This document shows positions 39,761-50,387 of a stretch of 64,000 nucleotides of DNA, in pieces. How positions within the stretch are numbered: position 1 is the stretch's first letter; every line of letters begins with the position of its first letter. The position numbers and the translations under genes were made by a program. The DNA comes from Octopus bimaculoides (lineage: Eukaryota), in the NCBI RefSeq assembly GCF_001194135.2, contig NC_068982.1, forward strand, positions 93,275,424 through 93,339,423. Direction: 5' to 3'. A model generated the notes under the pieces. The model was not told the origin of the DNA. It made no database searches and worked only from the letters and a program-made list of their open reading frames with translations.

Positions 39761-41410
39761 ATGAGTGACAATGAAAAAACAAAATATTGTAACAGTGGCA
39801 ATGAAACTGGAGCCATTGATGGTGACAGTGTTGCACCCGGCAGTCTCAGAGATTCTAGTCTGACTCCAGCCTATCGATATCCAGAAAGGGACCACCATAC
39901 ACGGTATAGATAGAGCAAGCAAATTAATACTGTAGTTATGGAGTGTTACTACTTGAGCAACCCGGTAGATGAAAATGGTGCTCAAATTAGGGGTTACCGA
40001 CAACATATGTATGATCATTGGAGGGAAAATGGATTGTTTCAACTCACGGAACAGAAACTATGTGATCAAGATAGAGCAATAGGAAAAAATCGTTGGTTCA
40101 CAGAAGTAGAGCACGAAGCCATCAAAAGACGGGTCTTGGAAAATAGCAGCAGAGATAACGATGAAAATACAGTTATTACTAATAAAAGTAATGTCATGGC
40201 ACAGGAAAAGAACAATGGTAGTTTACTTGATGAGAGACATATAGAGGATCTAAAAGAAGATAATAAAACTAATGGCGACATGACAGATGAACAAAAGGTA
40301 ATCTACGACAGAATAAAGGCAAGACTACAGGAGAACGATAGCGACATTATTTGCAACCTTAAAAAAATTGACTAGTGGAATTTGAACCAAGAAACGAAAA
40401 ATGTCAATGGTATTCTGAAATACATCAGAACAAACAACATCACAGAAACAAATAATTTGATCAAGGCAGCAAGTAGCAGAAAACGTGGGTGTTGATGTCA
40501 AGAAAAAGAAATAAAATGGGAGTGACAAAAGAAAAGATCCATAGTGGAAAAAAAAGAATACAGGCAGGGTTAGATATGCTCTGGAAGGAAATTTCTGTGT
40601 TAGACCGAAAAGAGAAAGGGGAGCTTAAAGGCGAACAGAAATACAGGGCGCTGAAAAGGAAGTATAATATTGAAAGAAAGGGTCTGAAAGTGGTAATGGT
40701 AGAACTGAAACAGCCCCTCGTTGCAAAGAAAGCAAAGATGGTAAGATACGAACAAAATTTGAAGGTTACCACCAGAATAGGTTATTCAGAGTAGATCAGA
40801 AGAGATTCTATAAAGAAATAAATGGAGAGTGTACAGATGAAAAGTTGATACCAGATAACAATGAAAGTCAAAGGTTTTGGAGTGACATCTGGAGCAAAGA
40901 CAAGGAGCAGAAGAAGGATACTGAATAGTTGCAAGAACTGAAACAAACAGTAGTCTGTCCAAAACAAGCGGAACTAGTCATTTCAGTTAGTGAAGGAAAT
41001 CAGCAAAAAATGAGTAATTGGAAGGCCCCAGGAGCAGATGGAGTTCAAGGCTACTGGATCAAAAGATTTGGTGAATGTCATGCGCGAATAGCTGCGCAAC
41101 TCAACACCTTGTTAAATGCCGACTAAGTAACACCAGAGTGGTTGACATTGGGTAGAACAGTGCTGTGCTTGAAAAACATCGAAAAAGGCAATACGGTGGA
41201 CAATTACAGGCCGATATCCTGGAATCAATGTACGAACATCTGGTAAAAAATGGAGTCCTGCCACGTGTACAGAAATATTGCAAGCGTAAATACAGAGGTA
41301 CCAAGGATCAACTCCTGATAGACAAAACTGTACTTAGAGACTGCAAGAGGAGAAAAGATAATTTAGCCATGTCATGGATCGACTATCGTAAGGCGTACGA
41401 TATGATCCAC
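39761..41410 (+). mobile_element. 5' half of an R4/Dong-like element (N-terminal domain to RT core), 3'-truncated, frameshifted
   Basis: MECYYLSNP...RGYRQHMYDHWRE..LTEQKLCDQ; NWKAPGADGVQGYWIK; [15 protein letters not shown]; [11 protein letters not shown]...[16 protein letters not shown]. Confidence 0.92.
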
Positions 41411-41559
41411 ACTAATTCAGTGGCATTTTTCAATTCAGTCATACTTTCACATTCAGAAGAACTGAAATTTGAGTTAATTCTTTCTTTATCAATGACATTA
41501 GATGGAAAATTCAAAATATTGTGATAAAAGTCACCAGTAATTCATTCCTACCTTCAAAT

Positions 41560-41830
41560 GAATAATAGTTGCTTTTATTTCTAACATGCAATATTCATCA
41601 CCGCGACTCTTCTCAAAACATTCTTACATGAGTTGCAATCATCAACAGAATTCTGAAATGTAGTCTTTTAATTTCATTTTAATTAGGTCTCCGTGGGAGT
41701 GAAAATTTAGTCTTTTGCTGCATATCAGTTTGTTGTCTTTTTGACAAATTTATTAATTTTGGTTTTCCTCTGAATTTGGTTTAAAATAGTATCTCCATTG
41801 CTCTGAAAGGCGGTTAGTTTAATTTCATTG
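41560..41830 (-). mobile_element. Decayed RTE-type APE endonuclease fragment
   Basis: Minus strand ...NGD...IFTPTET..FQNSVDDCNS.. resembles the C-terminal half of RTE endonucleases (N.NG..L; TW.SP; IDY...NSV.D). Weak. Confidence 0.35.
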
Positions 41831-41886
41831 CTTTATATGTCAGTATCTGTAATCTAGTCTGTAGAAGTCACTATCAACCTTTCCCA

Positions 41887-43086
41887 TGTAGTGAAACTAC
41901 CTACCGCCATTAGATACAAAACTGCTATCGCCATTCTTCTCATTTAAATATAAATAAATGCGAGCGTAGTAGAGAACCCATTCCTTGTCATCACGTGACT
42001 GATCATTATTCGAATCGGCAACTTCTTCGAACCGTTCCCGCCAGAACGCAAACTGACCAATCACGGCCCCTAATAAGGTCACGTGATAGAGTATATTTCT
42101 ACCATCTGGTGAGCCAATAGTTTGTTATAAATAGCTTTAACACGGCGGCCAAATTTGTCTCGGTCCAGTTTCTCTTTGAGAACTGTCCCGTGTAACACAC
42201 GACAGCAGCAGCAGTTCCAGCGACCACTTCAACAGCTTCNNNNNNNNNNNNNNNNNNNNNNNNNNNNNNNNNNNNNNNNNNNNNNNNNNNNNNNNNNNNN
42301 NNNNNNNNNNNNNNNNNNNNNNNNNNNNNNNNNNNNNNNNNNNNNNNNNNNNNNNNNNNNNNNNNNNNNNNNNNNNNNNNNNNNNNNNNNNNNNNNNNNN
42401 NNNNNNNNNNNNNNNNNNNNNNNNNNNNNNNNNNNNNNNNNNNNNNNNNNNNNNNNNNNNNNNNNNNNNNNNNNNNNNNNNNNNNNNNNNNNNNNNNNNN
42501 NNNNNNNNNNNNNNNNNNNNNNNNNNNNNNNNNNNNNNNNNNNNNNNNNNNNNNNNNNNNNNNNNNNNNNNNNNNNNNNNNNNNNNNNNNNNNNNNNNNN
42601 NNNNNNNNNNNNNNNNNNNNNNNNNNNNNNNNNNNNNNNNNNNNNNNNNNNNNNNNNNNNNNNNNNNNNNNNNNNNNNTCGTCCCTTACACCCATATAAA
42701 AATAAAATATATATAATACTTTACTTAAAGGAAATGAATAATCATTTAATTGATGCTTTACATACACACACATGTATCACTCACATACATACTTTTCTTT
42801 GTATGACGGCCTGTCTTTGATTATGTTCTTATATGTCGCATTCACACTCACACACAGACATACATCTTTAACGCTACAATAAATATCTCTGTTATTCATC
42901 TTATACGGTTGTGGTCTTTCATTACTGGTCATCTATGTTATCGTCGCATAACATATCATCTATATCATCTCTGATATATATAATATTGTGTGTACGACCG
43001 TGTGACACGTTTAAATAAAAGGAGTCCTCTGTTCTTCCATTCGTCACCATTGCTCCTTTTATGAGTTCGCACGGTCGTCCCTTACA
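41887..43086 (+). mobile_element. Solo LTR (Gypsy-like) spanning an assembly gap
   Basis: Starts TGTAG (41887), ends TTACA (43086; also at 42690 in a duplicated copy); 4-bp TSD CCCA at 41883-86 and 43087-90; TATA box near the 5' third and AATAAA signals at ~42865 and ~43014; no internal retroelement coding. Confidence 0.7.
41990..42170 (+). promoter_or_regulatory. Pol II promoter-like cassette: E-box, CCAAT, E-box, CCAAT, TATA, Inr
   Basis: CACGTG at 41992-97 and 42080-85 (ATCACGTGAC / GTCACGTGAT); GACCAATCA (CCAAT 42057-61); AGCCAATAG (42114-18); TATAAATA 42126-33; YYANWYY CCAAATT at 42149-55; local CpG enrichment. Confidence 0.6.
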
Positions 43087-43299
43087 CCCATATAAAAATA
43101 AAATATATATAATACTTTACTTAAAGGAAATGAATAATCATTTAATTGATGCTTTACATACACACACAGACACGTACGTACGTATGTATGTATATGTGAT
43201 TCGAAATATTAATACTGATGTTAAACACTTATGGATGATAAAAGCAGTTTTCTCTAAATTGATATTGGGATTAACATAATCAGCTAATTGCGCGCGCGC

Positions 43300-43360
<61 letters not shown>

Positions 43361-43408
43361 NNNNNNNNNNNNNNNNNNNNNNNNNNNNNNNNNNNNNNNN
43401 NNNNNNNN

Positions 43409-43464
<56 letters not shown>

Positions 43465-44403
43465 AAAGTGTGTATGTATGTGTGTATGCGGTGGGTATTT
43501 ATAGTATTGGTTAAATATCGGTAAGGAAAAAATTTGTTAAAGAAAGCTTAATCTCTTAAAAATACTAGAATAACCTGGTCACTATCTCTTTTTTTTTAGA
43601 AGAACCGAATGGAATTTGGCATTTGGTTTTAGCAAACAAATAAATTATATGATTTTAATATATTCATTTGAAATAAATATTAAATCATAATGAAGTTGAT
43701 GGTTAATACCTATATTTCTATCACTGTGAAATCTGCTTAAGTGGGGATGTATGACTATATTTCAAAATGTCAGACCTTCGACCACTATGGTTATACGTTA
43801 TGTCAAACTTTGATGGGATTAATAAATTCTTGGTTGGAAATTGCTGTTTTAAGCTTGGTAGTCAGATCGTTATGGCAAACAATTGTTAAAAAAGGAAGAA
43901 GAGGAGAAAAGATAAGATAATGCAGTAAAAAGTGCCATAAAAACATGACTGCTTCTTTTTTTTATTAACTTCACATTTGAATGATAGATCGTTAAAAATT
44001 TATAAATACCCAGCTGTATATTGGTATTTACAAATAAATAAATTTCTCATATAAATGTGAGCGTGATTAGGTATTAATGTTTAGATTTACTCGATAAATA
44101 GTCTTGATTGAGAATTCCAGTATAGTTAAGAAATAAATATTCTGATATTTTGTATATCCGGTGTTTTTTTTACAAAAAATATAATTGTCTGACAAGAAGA
44201 AAAGATTGTAAAGTAACAAAATAAATAATTGTTTCAAATTTTGGCAAAAGGACGTAAAGTTATACGAAAACGCGTAGAACATATTTATAGCGTAGGTAAT
44301 TTGCATAATTTAAGCAAGAGTGAAATAAGAAAAATAACTTAGGGTGGCCAGTGGTATATATTTGAACAACATAGACAAATAGATTTACATATGTGTTCGT
44401 GTG

Positions 44404-44442
<39 letters not shown>

Positions 44443-44443
<1 letters not shown>

Positions 44444-45550
44444 GAGGGGGTGCCCAAAAGAAACCGGAATTTTACAATATTATTTCATTCGCTTACTTTT
44501 ACATGTTTACACTTTTATCACCTTCAAAGTAGTCTCTATTTGAAGCAATGCATCGGTCCAGGCGCGTTTTTCAATGCTCGAAGCAATCCTGGAACCCTTG
44601 CGAAGTGATGCCTTTAAACGCCTCCGTCATTTTTTCTTCTTCACCTTTCCTACATCTGCAAAACGTTTTCCTTTAAGGACTTTTTCCATTTAGGGGAACA
44701 AAAAGAAGTTGGAGGTAAGATCGGGTGAATAGGGAGTGTGGGTAAGCGGAGTCATGATATTTTTGGTTAAAAACCGTCTCACACTCAAGGCGGTGTGCGC
44801 AGGCGCATTGTCGTGATGAGACTACAGCTCTCCACTTTGCCACAAGTTGAGGCATTTTCGTCTCCCCGCATCTCGCAAACGGTTCAGAACTGCCAAGTAA
44901 AATGTCTGGTTAGCAGTTTGACCAGGAAGAACAAATTCTGTGAGGACAATTCCTTTCACAACGATGAAACAAATCAACATCGTCTTGACATCGGACTTCA
45001 GTTGACGAAGTGACATTGAATGCTTTCCATTGATTTGATTGCTGCTTCGTTTCTAGGTTGTAGCCGTAGCACCAGCTTTCGTCACTAGGGATGACCTTCA
45101 AAAAAAGATCAGCTTTCAGCTGTTCTTTCAAACCAATCTCCAGCTGTTCAGGTCAACTTCCAACTATTCTTTCAGTTCACGACACACATTCAGTCCTGAC
45201 TGCGTTTTATCTTCCGTGAGTAAGCGAGGCACAAATTTTGCAGCAACTCTTCATTCGCAAAAACTCACTCAAAATTCGTTGGCAGGAGCTCCCGGACACA
45301 TTAATCATGTCAACAAGTTCGTCAACTACTCGGCGACGGTCCTCCAAGATCAGTTCATGAATTTTCGTGATGTTTTCATTCGTTCAGTCGCCCTGACAAG
45401 TGACCGTTCCGAAAGCATGGAAACCACTCGTAAACTTGTGTTTTGTTCATGGCAACGTCCTTGTGAACTGTTTGAAGCATGACAGCTGTTTTGGATGCCC
45501 TTTTCCCTAGCAGAAAACAGAATTTCACGGAAATTCTGTTCCTTCGATTC
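44443..45550 (-). mobile_element. Defective mariner, family M1 (second copy), inserted in (TA)n; transposase 5' end lost in gap
   Basis: Left TIR CGAGGGGGTGCCCAAAAGAAACCGGAATTT matches the 3629 copy; IPSDESWCYGYNLETKQQSNQWK, KSDVKTMLICF, QTFYLAVLNRLRDA. Confidence 0.93.
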
Positions 45551-46057
45551 NNNNNNNNNNNNNNNNNNNNNNNNNNNNNNNNNNNNNNNNNNNNNNNNNN
45601 NNNNNNNNNNNNNNNNNNNNNNNNNNNNNNNNNNNNNNNNNNNNNNNNNNNNNNNNNNNNNNNNNNNNNNNNNNNNNNNNNNNNNNNNNNNNNNNNNNNN
45701 NNNNNNNNNNNNNNNNNNNNNNNNNNNNNNNNNNNNNNNNNNNNNNNNNNNNNNNNNNNNNNNNNNNNNNNNNNNNNNNNNNNNNNNNNNNNNNNNNNNN
45801 NNNNNNNNNNNNNNNNNNNNNNNNNNNNNNNNNNNNNNNNNNNNNNNNNNNNNNNNNNNNNNNNNNNNNNNNNNNNNNNNNNNNNNNNNNNNNNNNNNNN
45901 NNNNNNNNNNNNNNNNNNNNNNNNNNNNNNNNNNNNNNNNNNNNNNNNNNNNNNNNNNNNNNNNNNNNNNNNNNNNNNNNNNNNNNNNNNNNNNNNNNNN
46001 NNNNNNNNNNNNNNNNNNNNNNNNATATATATATATATATATATACACATGTATGTA

Positions 46058-46108
<51 letters not shown>

Positions 46109-46189
46109 TCCAGGAATCGAAGTGTAGGAAGGAAGTTAGCTTCAAGCAATCCGTAGTAAATATGAAAAACAACTTTCGGGGACAATAGT

Positions 46190-46600
46190 GATTTATTGAG
46201 ACGGAAGGTTGTGGAATCTGTTCGTATCGAATTACGATAAGCTGAAAAAAGTTATTTTTATATTTCACAGGTAAGCACATAAATGCAAAGCAAGGTGGAA
46301 AAAATAGTACTCAAATACCAAGGTTAGAGTAATAGGCTTTTATCAATGCTGCAAAATATTCACAAACTTTTACTCAGAGTTTCGTATATCCGATCCCCGG
46401 GCACTTGTGATGATTACATCACAACTGTCCAACAGACGAGAATATGTACTCTGAGTAACAGTTGTCTGAAAATTTTGCAGATTTAATAAAAGCTTTGATA
46501 AAAGTATTATATCTATGTATACCAGAGTAAGCACATAAATATGAAACAAAGCAAAATAGTACTCGAATACCGGAGGTAGAGTAATATGCTTTATTAATAT
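46190..46600. mobile_element. Penelope-like terminal-repeat complex (direct plus inverted partial repeats)
   Basis: Direct repeat gtaagcacataaat...atagtactc.aatacc..gg.tagagtaata.gcttt (46271-46340 vs 46527-46594); ~33-bp inverted repeat 46349-46380 / 46448-46480; TTATTGAGACGGAAGGTTGTGGA shared with 33809-33831. The PLE assignment is inference. Confidence 0.4.
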
Positions 46601-46601
46601 A

Positions 46602-46652
<51 letters not shown>

Positions 46653-47354
46653 TTTATTAGTCGAAAGACACCTGTTGTTATTTTCTTATTGCTTGTATTT
46701 GTCATTGTTCTCGTACACATTCGCTTGTTTTCTCCCCAAAAATTTAATGCCTTTAGCTTAGATGTTTGGGACCATCCAGATTTGAACAGTCTCAAGTGTA
46801 ACCGGCCGAAACTGTAAGGATGGTTTGGAAACTTGACTGATGAGAGAAGACTGAGAATGACCCATTCTTGTTTATTCCGTCTTTTTGTTGTTTTTCTTGT
46901 CTGTCTTTGTTTCCTCTATCTGCTCGGATGTTCTATTGTAGTCTGTTGCGTTCTTGTTCCATTTCTGGATTTATATATACATATATCGGCGTACGGGCAC
47001 TTTTGCTCACCTTGTATGTATCTAAATTGTGTACGAGTCTTTTACTCTTTCTTTTGGTCCTCTTTGTACTTTCTTGTTTCTTTCCTCTTTTCTTTTTCTC
47101 GTTCCCCCTCTCTCACATTTCTTGGCCTTATGTTTTTTTAATCTTCCTACTTTCCCTCCTTGTTTATCTCCCTTGCACCTTTCTCTGTGTTCCTTTTATT
47201 TTCTCTCTTTCTCGTTCTTCCCATATTCTTCAACCCTCTGCCTCTTACCTCTCTCCTATTCCTTCCACGTGGCCTGTGTTCGGCTAAGCATGATCTTTCT
47301 TGGCTCGACTGCCAGCCGCGAAGCATCTCTTATATTCCTGTCTCATGACTTTCA

Positions 47355-47490
47355 TCTTTTACGTTACATCCAGGAGGTAAAGGAGTACGTCTACTTAGAT
47401 CGCACAGTGTGTATGCGCTGCGATAAGGGTCTTGTAATCTTGAAGGGAATATGGGAAGGGTATTTGCCGTTTGACTCAGTAAAAGTTCAT
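47355..47490 (+). mobile_element. RTE LINE RT-thumb fragment, part 1
   Basis: YIQEVKEYVYLDRTVCMRCDK..ILKGIWEGYLPFDSVK resembles IE.V.EYVYLG..V.M..D...EI.RR...GW.AF.SIK. Confidence 0.6.
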
Positions 47491-47544
47491 TACTTACATT
47501 ATTTACATTGGAGGGATATGTGTCCTCATCTTGTTTGTTGTTAC

Positions 47545-47586
47545 CACAACATTTCGGCTGATTTACTCTCCAGCCTGCATCAGATG
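47545..47586 (-). ncRNA. Degenerate minimal type I hammerhead motif in a PLE-like terminus
   Basis: Minus: CAT-CTGATGC-A-GGCTG-gagagtaaat-CAGCC-GAAA-TG-T-T-GTG. Perfect 5-bp stem II; A9 is C; putative CG palindrome core is TG. Confidence 0.5.
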
Positions 47587-47900
47587 TCCTGATAGAATTT
47601 CGAACCCAACCCTGGGTTCTCATTTCTAAGGCATTTTTTTTTTTGCTGATGTTATTATTATTATTATGTTGTTGTTTTTTTCTTTTTTCTTCAGATTTTC
47701 TCTCATTTCTCGCTGAGTGTTTTCCGTACACCTAGGGCAGAGAAGCTCATTGTATGCATTCCCAGTTTACACACGCAAATTCACTGGTAAAATATGTATT
47801 TAAAAAAAAATTAATAAATAAATAAATTCATTAATGGATGTTGTTTTCACAGAGATAATGCTCTTCTCAGTACATGAGTCGTTCCAGTTAACACAATTTC

Positions 47901-47974
<74 letters not shown>

Positions 47975-48049
47975 TTTATTCAAGGCACTGCCTAGAATTC
48001 AACTCGCAATCTTGGGGTTAGTAGCACGCGCTCTTAACCATTGCGCTCC

Positions 48050-48170
48050 AAACAAAGCTGGACGTGCCAGTCTCTTCAATAGCAGCGTCCAGCCTGCGCT
48101 TTTATACGCAAGTGAGGCGTAGAACTACAAAGAGGGAAGAATTTCGGCTACAATGCAACGATGCATTGGC
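48050..48170 (+). mobile_element. RTE LINE fragment, part 2 (continues 47355-47490)
   Basis: TKLDVPV / KAGRASLFNSSVQPALLYASEA*..QR matches R..LFNS.VLPA.LYASE.W, the motif that follows AF.SIK in RTEs. Confidence 0.6.
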
Positions 48171-48918
48171 TTTGATGCAACGATCAATATAATGTGTGTG
48201 TGTGTGTGTGTGTGTGTGTTTCCGTGCGTGTGCGTGTGTGTGTATTAAAATATTAAAAACGAAACATTCAAAAAAAGAGATATCTCAAAAATTCAATCAC
48301 TACTACCAGCCACAACAAGTTACTTTCAGGGCACTTGACCATTTAACATCCTACTACTATCATACCACTTCCCGCATTCTTCTTCTTCTTCTTCTTCTTC
48401 TTCTTCTTCTTCTTCTTCTTCTTCTTCTTCTTCTTCTTCTTCTTCTTCTTCTTCTTCTTCNNNNNNNNNNNNNNNNNNNNNNNNNNNNNNNNNNNNNNNN
48501 NNNNNNNNNNNNNNNNNNNNNNNNNNNNNNNNNNNNNNNNNNNNNNNNNNNNNNNNNNNNNNNNNNNNNNNNNNNNNNNNNNNNNNNNNNNNNNNNNNNN
48601 NNNNNNNNNNNNNNNNNNNNNNNNNNNNNNNNNNNNNNNNNNNNNNNNNNNNNNNNNNNNNNNNNNNNNNNNNNNNNNNNNNNNNNNNNNNNNNNNNNNN
48701 NNNNNNNNNNNNNNNNNNNNNNNNNNNNNNNNNNNNNNNNNNNNNNNNNNNNNNNNNNNNNNNNNNNNNNNNNNNNNNNNNNNNNNNNNNNNNNNNNNNN
48801 NNNNNNNNNNNNNNNNNNNNNNNNNNNNNNNNNNNNNNNNNNNNNNNNNNNNNNNNNNNNNNNNNNNNNNNNNNNNNNNNNNNNNNNNNNNNNNNNNNNN
48901 NNNNNNNNNNNNNNNCCT

Positions 48919-49070
48919 TGTTTATCATTTTGTCCATGTTCTTTTGCAACGTCATGTACCCAGATATGTATCTATATGTACATGTATGTACATACCTTCA
49001 TCTACATGTACATATAGATACATATCTGGGTACATGACGTTGCAAAAGAACATGGACAAAATGATAAACA
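48919..49070. repeat. Perfect inverted repeat, 68-bp arms (48919-48986 / 49003-49070), 16-bp spacer, next to a gap
   Basis: Exact reverse-complement match by eye. Confidence 0.9.
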
Positions 49071-49939
49071 AGGTACAAAAAACAAGCAGGCCACACAGAG
49101 AACGTATCCTTCATCAGCTGCCCCCATTCTAGCACAGGCGTTTCGAAGAGTAGGGCAGGACGCATCGTTAAAATGGCTCTTCCCACGAACACAAATTAAA
49201 TTTCTTTTCGTGGAGGATAGTGGCGGACGGAAAACAAGACAGGNNNNNNNNNNNNNNNNNNNNNNNNNNNNNNNNNNNNNNNNNNNNNNNNNNNNNNNNN
49301 NNNNNNNNNNNNNNNNNNNNNNNNNNNNNNNNNNNNNNNNNNNNNNNNNNNNNNNNNNNNNNNNNNNNNNNNNNNNNNNNNNNNNNNNNNNNNNNNNNNN
49401 NNNNNNNNNNNNNNNNNNNNNNNNNNNNNNNNNNNNNNNNNNNNNNNNNNNNNNNNNNNNNNNNNNNNNNNNNNNNNNNNNNNNNNNNNNNNNNNNNNNN
49501 NNNNNNNNNNNNNNNNNNNNNNNNNNNNNNNNNNNNNNNNNNNNNNNNNNNNNNNNNNNNNNNNNNNNNNNNNNNNNNNNNNNNNNNNNNNNNNNNNNNN
49601 NNNNNNNNNNNNNNNNNNNNNNNNNNNNNNNNNNNNNNNNNNNNNNNNNNNNNNNNNNNNNNNNNNNNNNNNNNNNNNNNNNNNNNNNNNNNNNNNNNNN
49701 NNNNNNNNNNNNNNNNNNNNNNNNNNNNNNNNNNNNNNNNNNNNNNNNNNNNNNNNNNNNNNNNNNNNNNNNNNNNNNNNNNNNNNNNNNNNNNNNNNNN
49801 NNNNNNNNNNNNNNNNNNNNNNNNNNNNNNNNNNNNNNNNNNNNNNNNNNNNNNNNNNNNNNNNNNNNNNNNNNNNNNNNNNNNNNNNNNNNNNNNNNNN
49901 NNNNNNTATATTATGCTACCTGTCCACATTCCATTCCAT

Positions 49940-50110
49940 GAGGAAATCCCCTTACAAATAGAGTTATCCGTTCCTTGTGCTTCTTCCACCCTGTTCTTAC
50001 TCTGGAACTTTACTCATCTCTTCTACAGTTCAGTTCTCCAAGGCAACAGAAGCCAGATGTCTTGCCCGCTCACGTTTTTGGTATGCTGCTATATTTCATG
50101 TTGAGAACTT
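49940..50110 (-). mobile_element. RTE LINE thumb fragment
   Basis: SGFCCLGELNCRRDE*SSRVRTGWKKHKERITLFVRGFP resembles FCYLG......G....V..RIR.GWKKFREL.PLL..KG. Confidence 0.45.
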
Positions 50111-50387
50111 TTTAGGTCTTAATAGACACAAAATGTGATCTATTTCTAGCGCATTAATTGTCCACGTTAGTGGTCGACGTTATTTTTAAAATGTACCTTA
50201 ATCCCCTGAGATTGCAGATAATATTTCTGAATCTCTTTGATTCTTTAAATGTGCTGGCCCCCTGATAATTAATCGATATTAATTAATATATTAATATATG
50301 ACTAATTACCAGATCATATAATAATATATATATATATATATACATGTATATACATATGTACACATATATACATATATATATATATAC

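Noticed and set aside
42021-42050. TTC/GAA cluster resembling a heat-shock element
   Set aside because: Spacing does not fit nGAAnnTTCn periodicity.
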